A stretch of 44,907 bases of DNA from Candidatus Thorarchaeota archaeon. GTDB taxonomy: Archaea > Asgardarchaeota > Thorarchaeia > Thorarchaeales > Thorarchaeaceae. This document shows positions 1 through 9,416 of the stretch, in pieces (position 1 is the stretch's first letter; every line of letters starts with the position of its first letter). Position numbers and translations under genes: made by a program. The notes below the pieces were generated by a model that searched no databases, was not told where the DNA came from, and was given only the letters and a program-made list of their open reading frames with translations. The DNA lies in assembly GCA_029858305.1 (NCBI GenBank), contig JAOUFI010000013.1, positions 1 to 44,907 of the forward strand, given 5' to 3'.

Positions 1-1
1 C

Positions 2-79
2 CTTGCCATAGTTGCTGGTGCTGTAGGAGCGGCGGTTGTCATTCTCGTTGGTGGCTTTGTGCTACTCAGACAGAAGTAA
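2..79 (+). CDS. 3' end of a gene entering the window; C-terminal transmembrane anchor with basic tail
   Basis: Frame from nt 2 reads LAIVAGAVGAAVVILVGGFVLLRQK-stop (TAA 77-79), typical of a surface-protein C-terminal anchor. Confidence 0.75.
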   Translation, partial: LAIVAGAVGAAVVILVGGFVLLRQK

Positions 80-92
80 AATAATACAACAT

Positions 93-128
93 AGGGGACA
101 ATTGTCCCCTTCCCCTTTTCTTTTTTTA
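93..128 (+). terminator. Hairpin plus pyrimidine/T-tract terminator
   Basis: Perfect palindrome AGGGGACAATTGTCCCCT (93-110) followed by TCCCCTTTTCTTTTTTT, 13 nt after a stop codon. Confidence 0.7.
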
Positions 129-237
129 TTGATTATTTCTAATACGATTGTTTTGTTTCCAGATAGATCCCTGCTCATTGCGTTAAAGAGAGTGTCTTTA
201 ATGGGAATGATGTTGAATTTTGTGAGGAATCAAAGAA

Positions 238-1113
238 ATGAGACTCAGCCAACCACGATTAACCATTCTAGGTGTATCAGCCCTTCCATTAATAATTGGC
301 ACACTCCTAGCACTCTTCATTCTAGACACTGCTACAATAGGAGATATCCTTCTTATCAATACTCAACCCGTCACTATTGAGGAACTTATTATTCAAACTG
401 GAGTGTCAGTCGGTCTTGGTACATTGATAGTGTTCTCATTATTCTACGCAATTGAAAGAAGAGGACCTGGAGCTAGGCGAACTATAGTAGCTCTTGTTGT
501 GTCTCCAATCCTTACTGCATCTTTTTTCTTGCTAGGCCAATCACTACTTTTCATTCTGTTCAAAGGAACCTCGACATCCATCATTCCTAGTATTCTTTCC
601 TTTGCCTCTCTTGGAGTTTTACTGATGTCTTTTGTTTTTATTATGATGGATTCAGTTCCCCCGATGTTGAAAAACATCTTTGTAGCATTCTATGGTAGTG
701 TATTCGGTACTTTTCTAGGTGTCATGTCAATCACTGCTAGCATGTTTGTGTTGGTAATTGTTGTAGTAATGGAAGACTATTTCCTCACAAGGTACTCCCC
801 GGCGGCTCAATCAGTAATGCTCATTGATACACCTGGCGACGATCCATTTGATTATACCCGGATACAGACTAGGAGTGCAGCAGTTGGAGCTGGAGACTTT
901 ATTGCATTTTCCTTAATTGCTGCTCATTCATTCATATTCTTCCCGATTTATGTTTGGGCAATGTCAATCGGGCTTGCTATAGTGGGTATTGCAATAAATG
1001 CTACCGTATTAGCTCGGGAGAATCAAATATTACCTGGGATTCCTCTTCCAGCACTTCTTTCCTTAGTTCCGTGGATTGTTCATGTAATTGCTTATCCGCT
1101 TTTAATTGGATAG
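238..1113 (+). CDS. Presenilin/signal-peptide-peptidase-like GxGD intramembrane aspartyl protease
   Basis: About 9 hydrophobic segments; first Asp in VVMEDYF, VGAGDF motif, C-terminal LPGIPLPAL resembling the PAL motif. Confidence 0.7.
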   Translation: MRLSQPRLTILGVSALPLIIGTLLALFILDTATIGDILLINTQPVTIEELIIQTGVSVGLGTLIVFSLFYAIERRGPGARRTIVALVVSPILTASFFLLGQSLLFILFKGTSTSIIPSILSFASLGVLLMSFVFIMMDSVPPMLKNIFVAFYGSVFGTFLGVMSITASMFVLVIVVVMEDYFLTRYSPAAQSVMLIDTPGDDPFDYTRIQTRSAAVGAGDFIAFSLIAAHSFIFFPIYVWAMSIGLAIVGIAINATVLARENQILPGIPLPALLSLVPWIVHVIAYPLLIG

Positions 1114-1169
1114 ATGCCTTGAGCGCAAGTCAAATATGTATCACATCTGCATCAGAGGTTTGAGATAAC

Positions 1170-1712
1170 ATGATTGCCAGCGAACGATCCCAAAATATCA
1201 TTATTATTGCTATGATAATCGCCACTGTGATAGGCTCTGGTTTCATAATCGGAAATGCTCAATACTATGGAGGAAGCTATATTTTAGCTGGGCAATTGGA
1301 AGTTAATTTAACAGACATTCACGTAAGTAATGTCAATACAACTGATGAAACAGAAGACCCTAGTATTGTCCTTACATTCAATCTCGCAATTCCTGCACAG
1401 GCAGACGGAAATGTAAGGATAACTTTTTTCGGCGCAACAGTGTGGCTAAACAATGACCTCCTATCATTGACATCATTTTCACTTACCCCGGCGCTTGCAG
1501 ATCAATATCTCTACTCGAACTTTGATAGAAATATTGCCATGAGTCAAACTGCTAGTTCAACTTCTGACCGTCAAGCAATAATAGATGCATATCTCACCTC
1601 CTCTTGGGCTTGGAATGTGACCCTTCGGTACTCTTTCATCGTTTTTGATGAACCTAATACCATTATGTGGCGATGGTTCGATTTCTATACTACTGACTTC
1701 ACACTGACCTAA
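1170..1712 (+). CDS. Hypothetical membrane-anchored extracellular beta-rich protein
   Basis: N-terminal signal anchor IIIIAMIIATVIGSGFII, then Thr/Asn-rich beta pattern with N-x-T sequons. Confidence 0.65.
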   Translation: MIASERSQNIIIIAMIIATVIGSGFIIGNAQYYGGSYILAGQLEVNLTDIHVSNVNTTDETEDPSIVLTFNLAIPAQADGNVRITFFGATVWLNNDLLSLTSFSLTPALADQYLYSNFDRNIAMSQTASSTSDRQAIIDAYLTSSWAWNVTLRYSFIVFDEPNTIMWRWFDFYTTDFTLT

Positions 1713-1720
1713 TAGAGATA

Positions 1721-2746
1721 CTAGCCTTTGAAGGCTAGTCTCTTCTTTAGTTCTCCAATTCTTGTGACACTAACAGCATTTACTCCTCTTTTGTCAGCTA
1801 ATTCTACCGAAACCATGTCGAGATAATGAGTAAGTGAGAGCATACTGTCGATTTTCGATTCGCCTATAGAATTCAAATCTATTGGATTAAGGCCTATTTC
1901 TTTATAGAGATTGAAGGTGATATCCATTCTCCGACTTATCTGAGAGTCCTCTCCAAAGCACCTTAGGAAAACAGGGATGATAGAACCCTTTTCATTATAT
2001 GGAAATCCCTCAATTTCATTGTGAGTTGCCTCAGGTATCTCTGAATAAAACGCCTCTGCCTTTGAATTCTCATTGATTTGGCACTTGGCTCGATAAGCAA
2101 CTGGGCTCATGTGCTGGGCCCCAATAAAAAGCGGTATTCTGTTATGTATTTTCTGGGCAATAACAGAAGGCTTTGAGATTGACTCCCCCCATGTCTTTGA
2201 GGCTGAGATTAAATTCTCACTAACCTTTACTAGATTGGTGATTTTTACCCCAATGAGTGATTCTGAAATGGGTAAGACCTCGGAAAGAAGTACTGGAAAT
2301 GCAGCCCTAGGTTGAGCCCCTTTATCTACGATGACTTGAGGATAGCGACTATATTCCTTTGCCATCTGTCCTCCTGATGTAATGGTCAATATTCTTGAAC
2401 CTCTCTCTTTGGCATGCCCAAGCGAAGTAAGTGTTTCTTCAGTATTTCCAGAGTAGCTTATTGCCACTACAATCCAGTCTTTGGAAACCCATTTTGGAAG
2501 AAAGTAGGTTTTCACAATATCGATGGGAATGTGCGATTCTTGACTTAAGATCTCCTTCACATATGAACCGACAATTAAACTCCCTCCCATACCTAAGAAG
2601 CAAAGACCCTCAATTCCATCTCTGTGATAGTCCCTGCAAATGCCAATTATATCCGGATCTGGAGTCGGATTTCTCAACATATCTGGAAAATGGGAAACCA
2701 TACTTCTCATGTCATCTAGGTTCATCGTTTCTGGCAGTTTTCTCAT
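1721..2746 (-). CDS. Bifunctional phosphoglucose/phosphomannose isomerase (double SIS domain)
   Basis: GMGGS, SYSGNTEET, TSGG, QPRAA, KCQINENSK and PEATHNEIEG motifs; start uncertain (frame open to 2809). Confidence 0.85.
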   Translation of the reverse strand: MRKLPETMNLDDMRSMVSHFPDMLRNPTPDPDIIGICRDYHRDGIEGLCFLGMGGSLIVGSYVKEILSQESHIPIDIVKTYFLPKWVSKDWIVVAISYSGNTEETLTSLGHAKERGSRILTITSGGQMAKEYSRYPQVIVDKGAQPRAAFPVLLSEVLPISESLIGVKITNLVKVSENLISASKTWGESISKPSVIAQKIHNRIPLFIGAQHMSPVAYRAKCQINENSKAEAFYSEIPEATHNEIEGFPYNEKGSIIPVFLRCFGEDSQISRRMDITFNLYKEIGLNPIDLNSIGESKIDSMLSLTHYLDMVSVELADKRGVNAVSVTRIGELKKRLAFKG

Positions 2747-2875
2747 GTTTCTAATCTTTGATTTACTCTGCTTAAAGTTAATCGTATTAGTCATATCTCC
2801 TTTTGTCAAAGAAATGATAAGACTAAAGTATTGGATGAATGTCCAACAAGCTCGTTTGATGCTAGAGGAATCACT

Positions 2876-3382
2876 ATGGGTGTAATGAAGACAGCGGCTG
2901 TAAAAGGAATAATCCCTGCAGGAAACAAGGTCAGTGAGTTAAGATCTAATCTTCTTCGTTTAATCTCTGAGACTTCGATTGTTCTTGACGAACGCTTTGG
3001 AGCAGCAGGTCTTGAAGCTGTTTCAGAGATTTTCCAAAGATTAGGTGAAGAAGATGCTAAGGTAATGAAAAACCGATTGGGTTTTGGAGATACATTGAAA
3101 GACTCTCTTGATGCCTGGATTGTAATTGGTCATATTATGGGCTCAAAGATGCAACCAAATTGGATTTCAGACACTCGAGTAGAAGTGAATCACAGCTACT
3201 GTCCGCAGCACGAGGAATTCGTGAAGCGTGGGAAGCTGTACTGCTCGAATGCCTGCCTTCCTTATGTTGGTGCAATAGGCGAGAGTATCGGTACGGGAGT
3301 AAAGATGGAGGTAGTGAGGGCTGCAGATGAAACTGCAGCGTGTGTCAAAGCTTTATTCGTGCCCAAAAAGGATATTGAGTGA
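2876..3382 (+). CDS. V4R/ATC-hydrolase-like small ligand- or metal-binding protein
   Basis: Helical N-half (ERFGAAGLEAVSEIFQRLG) then YCP..C..C..C pattern; GAGG upstream of ATG 2876. Confidence 0.55.
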   Translation: MGVMKTAAVKGIIPAGNKVSELRSNLLRLISETSIVLDERFGAAGLEAVSEIFQRLGEEDAKVMKNRLGFGDTLKDSLDAWIVIGHIMGSKMQPNWISDTRVEVNHSYCPQHEEFVKRGKLYCSNACLPYVGAIGESIGTGVKMEVVRAADETAACVKALFVPKKDIE

Positions 3383-4022
3383 TTTGAAATCTGAACCTCT
3401 TAGACTCTCTATCAAAGACTCCTCACTTGCTGGTGTTTTAACACGACCCCATCCACAATCAGATAGAGCAGCCATATTGCTACATCCACACCCACTTTAT
3501 GGTGGGAATATGGATAATCATGTCGTGAAAGAGCTTGAGCGAATATTCCTTGAGATGAACTTCATTACATTGCGGTTTGATTTTAGGGGTGCTTCAAACA
3601 CTAACCAAGGATATGCTGGAATACAAGGAGCAATAGAAGATGCATGCAAAGCGATTGATTTTATGGAAATATACGAATTGAATTCGCTTGGGCTAGTGGG
3701 CTATTCCTTTGGCGCCACTGCAGCATTATGTGCTGCATCATCTCGACCTGTTAGTTTTGTTATCACACTGAGCGCATCGTATGATATATTCCTTGAAGGA
3801 GGATATGATGAAACCTATTTGGCAAAAATTCAATGCCCAGTACTTATGTTCCATGGCAAATCCGATACCATGATTTCTCATTCAGACCTGGACATGTTCT
3901 CTTCTATGTTAACTCATATCAAAACTGTATCTCTTGAGAATGAGAATCATTTCTATGAACATGCACTACCTATAGTTACAATTGAAATTCGCTCATTTAT
4001 ATCTAATATATTAGAAGGCTAA
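3375..4022 (+). CDS. Alpha/beta-fold hydrolase
   Basis: HPHPLYGGNMDN, RFDFRG, nucleophile elbow GYSFG, HGKSD, NHFY; start uncertain (TTG 3375 or 3384). Confidence 0.88.
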   Translation: MSDLKSEPLRLSIKDSSLAGVLTRPHPQSDRAAILLHPHPLYGGNMDNHVVKELERIFLEMNFITLRFDFRGASNTNQGYAGIQGAIEDACKAIDFMEIYELNSLGLVGYSFGATAALCAASSRPVSFVITLSASYDIFLEGGYDETYLAKIQCPVLMFHGKSDTMISHSDLDMFSSMLTHIKTVSLENENHFYEHALPIVTIEIRSFISNILEG

Positions 4023-4082
4023 ATTCCTCAAAGGTATCCTTAAGTAGCACTCTTTTTCAGGAAATCGAAACGGTGGATTGTA

Positions 4083-4763
4083 TTGCTCAAAGCCTTGGTT
4101 TTTGACATGGATGGCACAATAACAGAGCTAACATTGCCTTTGGACGATATGAGAGAAGACACGAAGAATTACTATATCAAACACGGATTTCCCGCCGAAC
4201 TTCTTGAACCAGCAGATGGCATTTCAAGTTCAACAGCAAAGGCCAAAGACTATTTCCTTTCAAATGGTGTGCAATTGTCCGATTGGGAACAAATGGAAGC
4301 CGAAGTCGATCAAATCCTAAGTCAACATGAAGGATTTGCCGCTGCCAGTGCAGTTCTAATCGAAGGAACCCTAGATATTGTGAATCGAATTAGACAAGCT
4401 GGTATGCTCACTGCAATTCTGACAAACAATGGCAGGTCATCTGTGGACAAAATCATGCAGCAATTGCCTATAGCAAATCATTTTGATATCATTCAGACAA
4501 GACATGAATCTCCACTGCCAAAACCATACCCAGACGGGCTTTTGAAAATAGCATTACAACTAGGTGTCAATGTCGATGAGATGGTGTACGTCGGTGATGC
4601 CTTGATTGATGCTGCTGCAGCAAATCGAGCGGGTATTGAGTTTTGGGGAGTTGCTACCGGTGAAACACCTGCTGACGTCCTTCAAAATGCAGGTGCCTCT
4701 ATTGTGTTTCAATCTCTTGAAGGCGTCCTACGTGAAGTATTGGTGAGAAGTAAAGTTCATTAA
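4083..4763 (+). CDS. HAD-superfamily phosphatase (phosphoglycolate phosphatase-like)
   Basis: FDMDGT, LTNN, KPYPD, YVGDALID motifs. Confidence 0.9.
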   Translation: MLKALVFDMDGTITELTLPLDDMREDTKNYYIKHGFPAELLEPADGISSSTAKAKDYFLSNGVQLSDWEQMEAEVDQILSQHEGFAAASAVLIEGTLDIVNRIRQAGMLTAILTNNGRSSVDKIMQQLPIANHFDIIQTRHESPLPKPYPDGLLKIALQLGVNVDEMVYVGDALIDAAAANRAGIEFWGVATGETPADVLQNAGASIVFQSLEGVLREVLVRSKVH

Positions 4764-5039
4764 TTTGTCTTTGGCCACTTGTTAAGTCTTACATTCCATT
4801 ACTGACTCATTGCCATTTTGTCTTCTAGTAAGACTCTTAGCATTTTCAAAAGGATTTTTACACAATGCAAAGCTTGTGTAGATTTGGCCTCTAGTGTAGC
4901 TAAAACACAGTTGTGGATTATCTGATTTTTTCCGTATGTCAAACTGAAGGTTATATACATGTTCGAGATTATGTTTCTTGTGACAGGCAGTATACCCGTA
5001 CTTGAAGAAGTAAATTGCACGCTTGAGGTCAAAGACCAA

Positions 5040-5429
5040 ATGACAATAGATGAGGGAACTTACTTAGTATTGCGTTCAGCTTCTGGGGCATTCACATGCA
5101 GATATCCGCCTGTTCCACGTAACTGGAATCCCCTTGATAGACCTCATGTAGCTCTTCTTCTGCCTGATGTAAACGGTATCTTTACAGTTTTCCTTTCTAA
5201 ACCTGAAGAAAAAGGTGCAGAACATCCGCAGAAACTAGAGACCGCAGATCTAACTAAACTTCCAACAAAATCAATAATCGAGATACGTCATAGCAATGCT
5301 CACTATGCATATTATAGGCGCGATAATGAGTCATGGACTAAAGTTGCCGAAGCTAATGATCCTTTTGTTGTTGAAGTCTTTTCCCATGGGTACGCTCCTA
5401 TCATCATGAATATGATTCCAGCTTTTTGA
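5040..5429 (+). CDS. Hypothetical protein
   Basis: 129-aa ORF with protein-like composition; GAGGT upstream of ATG 5040. Confidence 0.6.
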   Translation: MTIDEGTYLVLRSASGAFTCRYPPVPRNWNPLDRPHVALLLPDVNGIFTVFLSKPEEKGAEHPQKLETADLTKLPTKSIIEIRHSNAHYAYYRRDNESWTKVAEANDPFVVEVFSHGYAPIIMNMIPAF

Positions 5430-5712
5430 AATTACGATTCGAAAATAGCTACTGGCGTACATATTGTGGTTTGCTGATTAAAGACATAATTCTGAAGATG
5501 CGAGCCGTGCTGGAGAAATAAGTATGAGCGATTGCTTGCCTGAGAGGAGAGAATGTATTAGAAGTTGCTATTGTTTCATAACTATTTACCAAATGCAGCT
5601 TTCATAAGGCACTATTTCTGAATAGTATATAATATGGTTCAGAAAGCTAGTAAATGTATCCGCTATCGGACATTTGCTTAAATGTATTCTAGACTAACAT
5701 ATCTTAAGGGCC

Positions 5713-5785
5713 AGGGGGCCTTTCTCTCTCAGAAGCAGTTTCTCTCCTCCTTCCATGTTCTCTACGGCCCCCTCTCTCTCTTTTA
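5713..5785 (+). ncRNA. Candidate small RNA 1 (terminal stem, C/U-rich interior, U tail)
   Basis: AGGGGGCC 5713-5720 pairs with GGCCCCCT 5766-5773; tail CTCTCTCTTTT; TTAAAT at 5678-5683. Confidence 0.4.
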
Positions 5786-5991
5786 TTATTCCTTGCTATC
5801 TATTTTTATTCCAGACTGGGAGCTCTACGATAAGTGAGATCAATCTACATTGTGATTGCATAGTTGATTTCTACTGAATTGCTGAAATCCAATCTGTCCA
5901 TAATTTCAACCAACAATTTTCTTTAGGCAGATTCTAAGTGGTATATTATAGGTATACTTATATTATATTATGTAATAATATATCTTGGATT

Positions 5992-6110
5992 GGGGGTCCG
6001 TTGTGACCTTCATGAATCTGTTCAATCTCCTCTCCTCTCTCCCTCCCGATTATCCGACCCAAGCGACGAATTTCGTTTGTTCTTCGGACCCCCTCCCTCC
6101 TTTTCTCTTT
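5992..6110 (+). ncRNA. Candidate small RNA 2, same architecture as RNA 1
   Basis: GGGGGTCCG 5992-6000 pairs with CGGACCCCC 6085-6093; tail TCCCTCCTTTTCTCTTT; TATA-rich 5942-5983. Confidence 0.45.
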
Positions 6111-6312
6111 CGTAATATGTGCTGTATTTTTCCCCTCCTTATTGACGCCCTACAATTTTGTACAGCATTTCCTATCCTAGAGCTAGTTCCATGAGATATT
6201 CGGCGGATTTCCAAAAAGATTGCTGTCGATCCTTAATTTCTATGGTACATCTGTTTCTTAGCCAGCAAGTTTTAAAGGAGTAGTTTCTGGTGCCAAGCCA
6301 AGGCGAGTAATT

Positions 6313-6807
6313 GTGTCCACAGCAAAAAGTGCAATTAACAGTACAATACGACGAATTTTGAGCTATACAGCTGAAATCATCATGTCTATCATTTTACTTG
6401 TGATAATCTGTGTACCATTAGCTATCACAATTCCAATGTGGCTTCAATACGTTCTATTAGGAACTCCCAAAACTGAATTGACAATCAATCTTGTTTCTTG
6501 GTTTGGTTATGATGGTGCATTGTGGATAACACTCTTTCTTGGTCTAGTTAGTTTTTCTCTTAGCTATATCTACGTTCTCAAAATGAAACCGGGATTTATG
6601 CCAACAACAGATGAAAAGACAGTTGTGAAGGAGTTGGATATTCCCGAGGAAGAGGATGAAATTAGCGCTGCTGAAGATATGGAAGAAGAAGAGTTTGCAG
6701 TTGAGGACCAGGAAGAAGATGAAGAAGAAAGCCTTATTCTAGATGACATAGAAATTGCTCTTGAGGATATGGAGGATGATGAAGAAGGAAGCGAGGACGA
6801 TAAATAA
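6313..6807 (+). CDS. Two-TM membrane protein with highly acidic C-terminal tail
   Basis: Two hydrophobic helices, then a roughly 60-aa D/E-rich tail; GTG start. Confidence 0.7.
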   Translation: MSTAKSAINSTIRRILSYTAEIIMSIILLVIICVPLAITIPMWLQYVLLGTPKTELTINLVSWFGYDGALWITLFLGLVSFSLSYIYVLKMKPGFMPTTDEKTVVKELDIPEEEDEISAAEDMEEEEFAVEDQEEDEEESLILDDIEIALEDMEDDEEGSEDDK

Positions 6808-6831
6808 TCCCTCGAATTCCCCTAAATCATT

Positions 6832-7650
6832 CTATTCAAGCTGCATTTTGTTTGCGAGTCGATCAACCAGTCTACTGAAGGATTTTGCTGAGTGAGATTC
6901 CGAATCAACTATAACAAAAGGCGTACCCTTGTCACTAAGGGCGATCACTCTTGGATCCAAGGGAAGAGTGCCTAGGTGTTCAATTCCATATTTCTCTGCT
7001 GCGGACTTCGCAGCTCCCTCTCCAAAGATTTTGTATGCTTTACCACAATTGGGACAGATGAATTCTGCCATATTCTCAATAATACCTAGGATTGGCACAC
7101 CCATCTTTTCTACAAGTTGAATTGCCCTCCTTGCATCTAGGACAGCTACTTCTTGAGGTGTTGATACAATAACGACACCATCAATATTGGGGATTGATTG
7201 CAGAATACTGAGTATCTCATCTCCAGTTCCAGGTGGAAGATCCACAACCAAGACATCGAGGTTTCCCCATCTCACATTTGATAGAAACTGGCTGATAGCT
7301 TTAGCTACGATAGGTCCTCTCCAAGCAATTGCGTCATCATCTTTCCTGAGAAGAAATGCCATACTCATGACCTTGACATCAAGCGGTCCAAGAATTGGAT
7401 TGATGGATTCTCCCTCTGCAACTGGATGTTGACCCTCTAATCCTAAAAGCTTTGGAACATTAGGTCCATAGATATCTACATCAAGTATTCCAGAAGTCTT
7501 TCCTCTCTGAGCAAAGGAGACTGCAAGATTTGTTGCAACTGTTGTCTTTCCGACCCCCCCTTTACCGGATAGGACAACAATCTTATGTTTCACACCCTTC
7601 ATATTCTCGGCAACTTCTGGAAGAATTAACGAATGTGTCATTGAAATCAT
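6832..7650 (-). CDS. mrp: Mrp/ApbC/Nbp35 Fe-S cluster carrier ATPase
   Basis: SGKGGVGKTT, DVDIYGPN, WRGP, DLPPGTGD, STPQ, ENM..CPNCG motifs. Confidence 0.95.
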   Translation of the reverse strand: MISMTHSLILPEVAENMKGVKHKIVVLSGKGGVGKTTVATNLAVSFAQRGKTSGILDVDIYGPNVPKLLGLEGQHPVAEGESINPILGPLDVKVMSMAFLLRKDDDAIAWRGPIVAKAISQFLSNVRWGNLDVLVVDLPPGTGDEILSILQSIPNIDGVVIVSTPQEVAVLDARRAIQLVEKMGVPILGIIENMAEFICPNCGKAYKIFGEGAAKSAAEKYGIEHLGTLPLDPRVIALSDKGTPFVIVDSESHSAKSFSRLVDRLANKMQLE

Positions 7651-7701
7651 TCTGGAGCGCCTAAGGATTTCTAATAAAACATCGCATTCGTTCAAGAGCA
7701 A

Positions 7702-8520
7702 TCATATCTTGGAGCCGGTGAATGCATCTAGAATCTGTCTTGCAAGCTTTTCGTTTGAAGCTGCAACAAAGTTCATCATAGTATTCTGTTGGAGCGGGCT
7801 ACGGAACTTCTTGCCATTCTGGTCAAGAACAAAACCACCTGCCTCAAGTACCATGTGTATGCCGGATAGATGAATTATCGGGAGCATATTTCTCAAATCA
7901 ACCATGGCATCTAGCTGTCCTGATGCTGTCCAACAAAGGTCGAGTAGGTTGGTCGCAGTTCTTCGTATGTCATGTACAGCATTCATTGTTCTCATTGTAC
8001 ATTTTAGAAATTCTAAGTCCCATGTTTTCTTAGAGTCATAGGATATGATTGCATCGCTAATATCAACTGGGTTTGATGTTGTCACTCTTTTTCCATTCTT
8101 AGTGATACCCTTCCCTTTGATCGCAATATAAAGTTCATCGGTGAATATTGATTCGATGACGCTGATTTCTGCATCATCAGAGGTCATGTTCTTCATCATT
8201 GGAAAAACTGATACACCAGTTGAAACGAGGGGAATTCCTCTCTTGAGGTTTGCAGAACCATCAATTGGATCAACAAGTGCTAGATATTCTGGTTTCTTTT
8301 TACTACTGAGAAATCCTTTCTCTTCGGTCAGAATGGCGAATTCTATACCAGAGCTTTGCAAAACCGATATGATGTCTTCTTCAGCCATCATATCTAAAAC
8401 TAGGGTTCGATCTCCGAAAGGATTCACAGAATCTGTATATTCTGATGCTTGGTCCATGTTAGTGAGAATACGTTTCTTTGCAGATTCGATTGCTAATTTA
8501 ATGATGTTGAGAATGGTCAT
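7702..8520 (-). CDS. Inositol monophosphatase / FBPase (FIG) family protein
   Basis: TEE, DPIDGSAN and ASGQLDA motifs. Confidence 0.88.
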   Translation of the reverse strand: MTILNIIKLAIESAKKRILTNMDQASEYTDSVNPFGDRTLVLDMMAEEDIISVLQSSGIEFAILTEEKGFLSSKKKPEYLALVDPIDGSANLKRGIPLVSTGVSVFPMMKNMTSDDAEISVIESIFTDELYIAIKGKGITKNGKRVTTSNPVDISDAIISYDSKKTWDLEFLKCTMRTMNAVHDIRRTATNLLDLCWTASGQLDAMVDLRNMLPIIHLSGIHMVLEAGGFVLDQNGKKFRSPLQQNTMMNFVAASNEKLARQILDAFTGSKI

Positions 8521-8714
8521 AGAATAACCTCCTGTTCAGCTGTCGTAATTTCTTTAATTCATAATTCGATTTTCACAGAATCATCCATTGCACAAACGCA
8601 TTGAGTTTAATCTTGATTGTTTTAATACACTTTGAATAGACCAAGCAGGTTAGACAATACCTTAAATGGTTCAAGACACGAAATAAAAATGTAAGGTATA
8701 ACATGGTGGTTTTC

Positions 8715-9380
8715 ATGGGCTTCCTGAGCGGCAAAAAGAAAGTCGATACTGAACGAGGAATTCTAGAGATGAAGGGTACAATGAACGCATTGACCCTTAG
8801 AGTTAGAAGATTAGAAACTAGAATGGCTGAGGAGCAACAATCTGCAAAGGAGGCCATGTCGAAAGGCAATCGTTCAATGGCTAGGTCACATCTTAGTATT
8901 GTGGTTGATCTAGAGAATAGGAAGGCTCGTTATCAACAACAATACTTGACATTAGAAACAGCTCTTCTGAACCTTGAAGAAGCTAAGACTCAATCAGAAG
9001 TTCTCAGAGCATTTAGCATTGCAAATGATGCTTTAACAGAGGCTCGCTCTCTATTAAAGCCGGAAGAAATTCAGATGCAGCTTGATAGACTTTCTGAATC
9101 CTTTGAGCATATTTCAATTGCTGGTGAACTGTTGTCGGAGGATCTCACTGGAGCCGACTCAACGATAGAAATGGAGGAACGCGTCGACCGCGAACTTGAT
9201 GCAATGGAAGCTGAGATGCTTCTTGAAAAAGAGGGAGTACTTCCTCCTCTCGAAGTTGAAGGTGGGAAAAAACCTAAGGAAAAAGCTGCTGAAAAAGCAG
9301 GAGAAAAAAGAATTGATGATCTCCTGGCAGATCTAGAGAAAGAGGCTCGTGAGGAACGTAAAAGAGAGGCCGAGGGCTAA
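8715..9380 (+). CDS. ESCRT-III Snf7-family protein (Vps20/32/60-like)
   Basis: MGFLSGKKK N-terminus, helical hairpin with KGNRSMARSHL, LETALLNLEEAKTQSEVLRAF, EEIQMQLDRLSE, acidic VDRELDAMEAE, C-terminal IDDLLADLEKE helix. Confidence 0.85.
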   Translation: MGFLSGKKKVDTERGILEMKGTMNALTLRVRRLETRMAEEQQSAKEAMSKGNRSMARSHLSIVVDLENRKARYQQQYLTLETALLNLEEAKTQSEVLRAFSIANDALTEARSLLKPEEIQMQLDRLSESFEHISIAGELLSEDLTGADSTIEMEERVDRELDAMEAEMLLEKEGVLPPLEVEGGKKPKEKAAEKAGEKRIDDLLADLEKEAREERKREAEG

Positions 9381-9416
9381 TCGATACTTGGGTATCATCC
9401 TATTCTGCAGGTGCAA

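Noticed and set aside
4782-5039. Short minus-strand ORFs of 85 and 77 aa
   Set aside because: No recognisable motif or RBS; they overlap the likely promoter of the ORF at 5040
5942-5984. Very AT-rich tract as a replication-origin unwinding element
   Set aside because: No ORB-like repeats and no orc1/cdc6 nearby; more simply a promoter region
5985-6194. 69-aa ORF
   Set aside because: TTG start without RBS and low-complexity translation; better explained by the RNA structure
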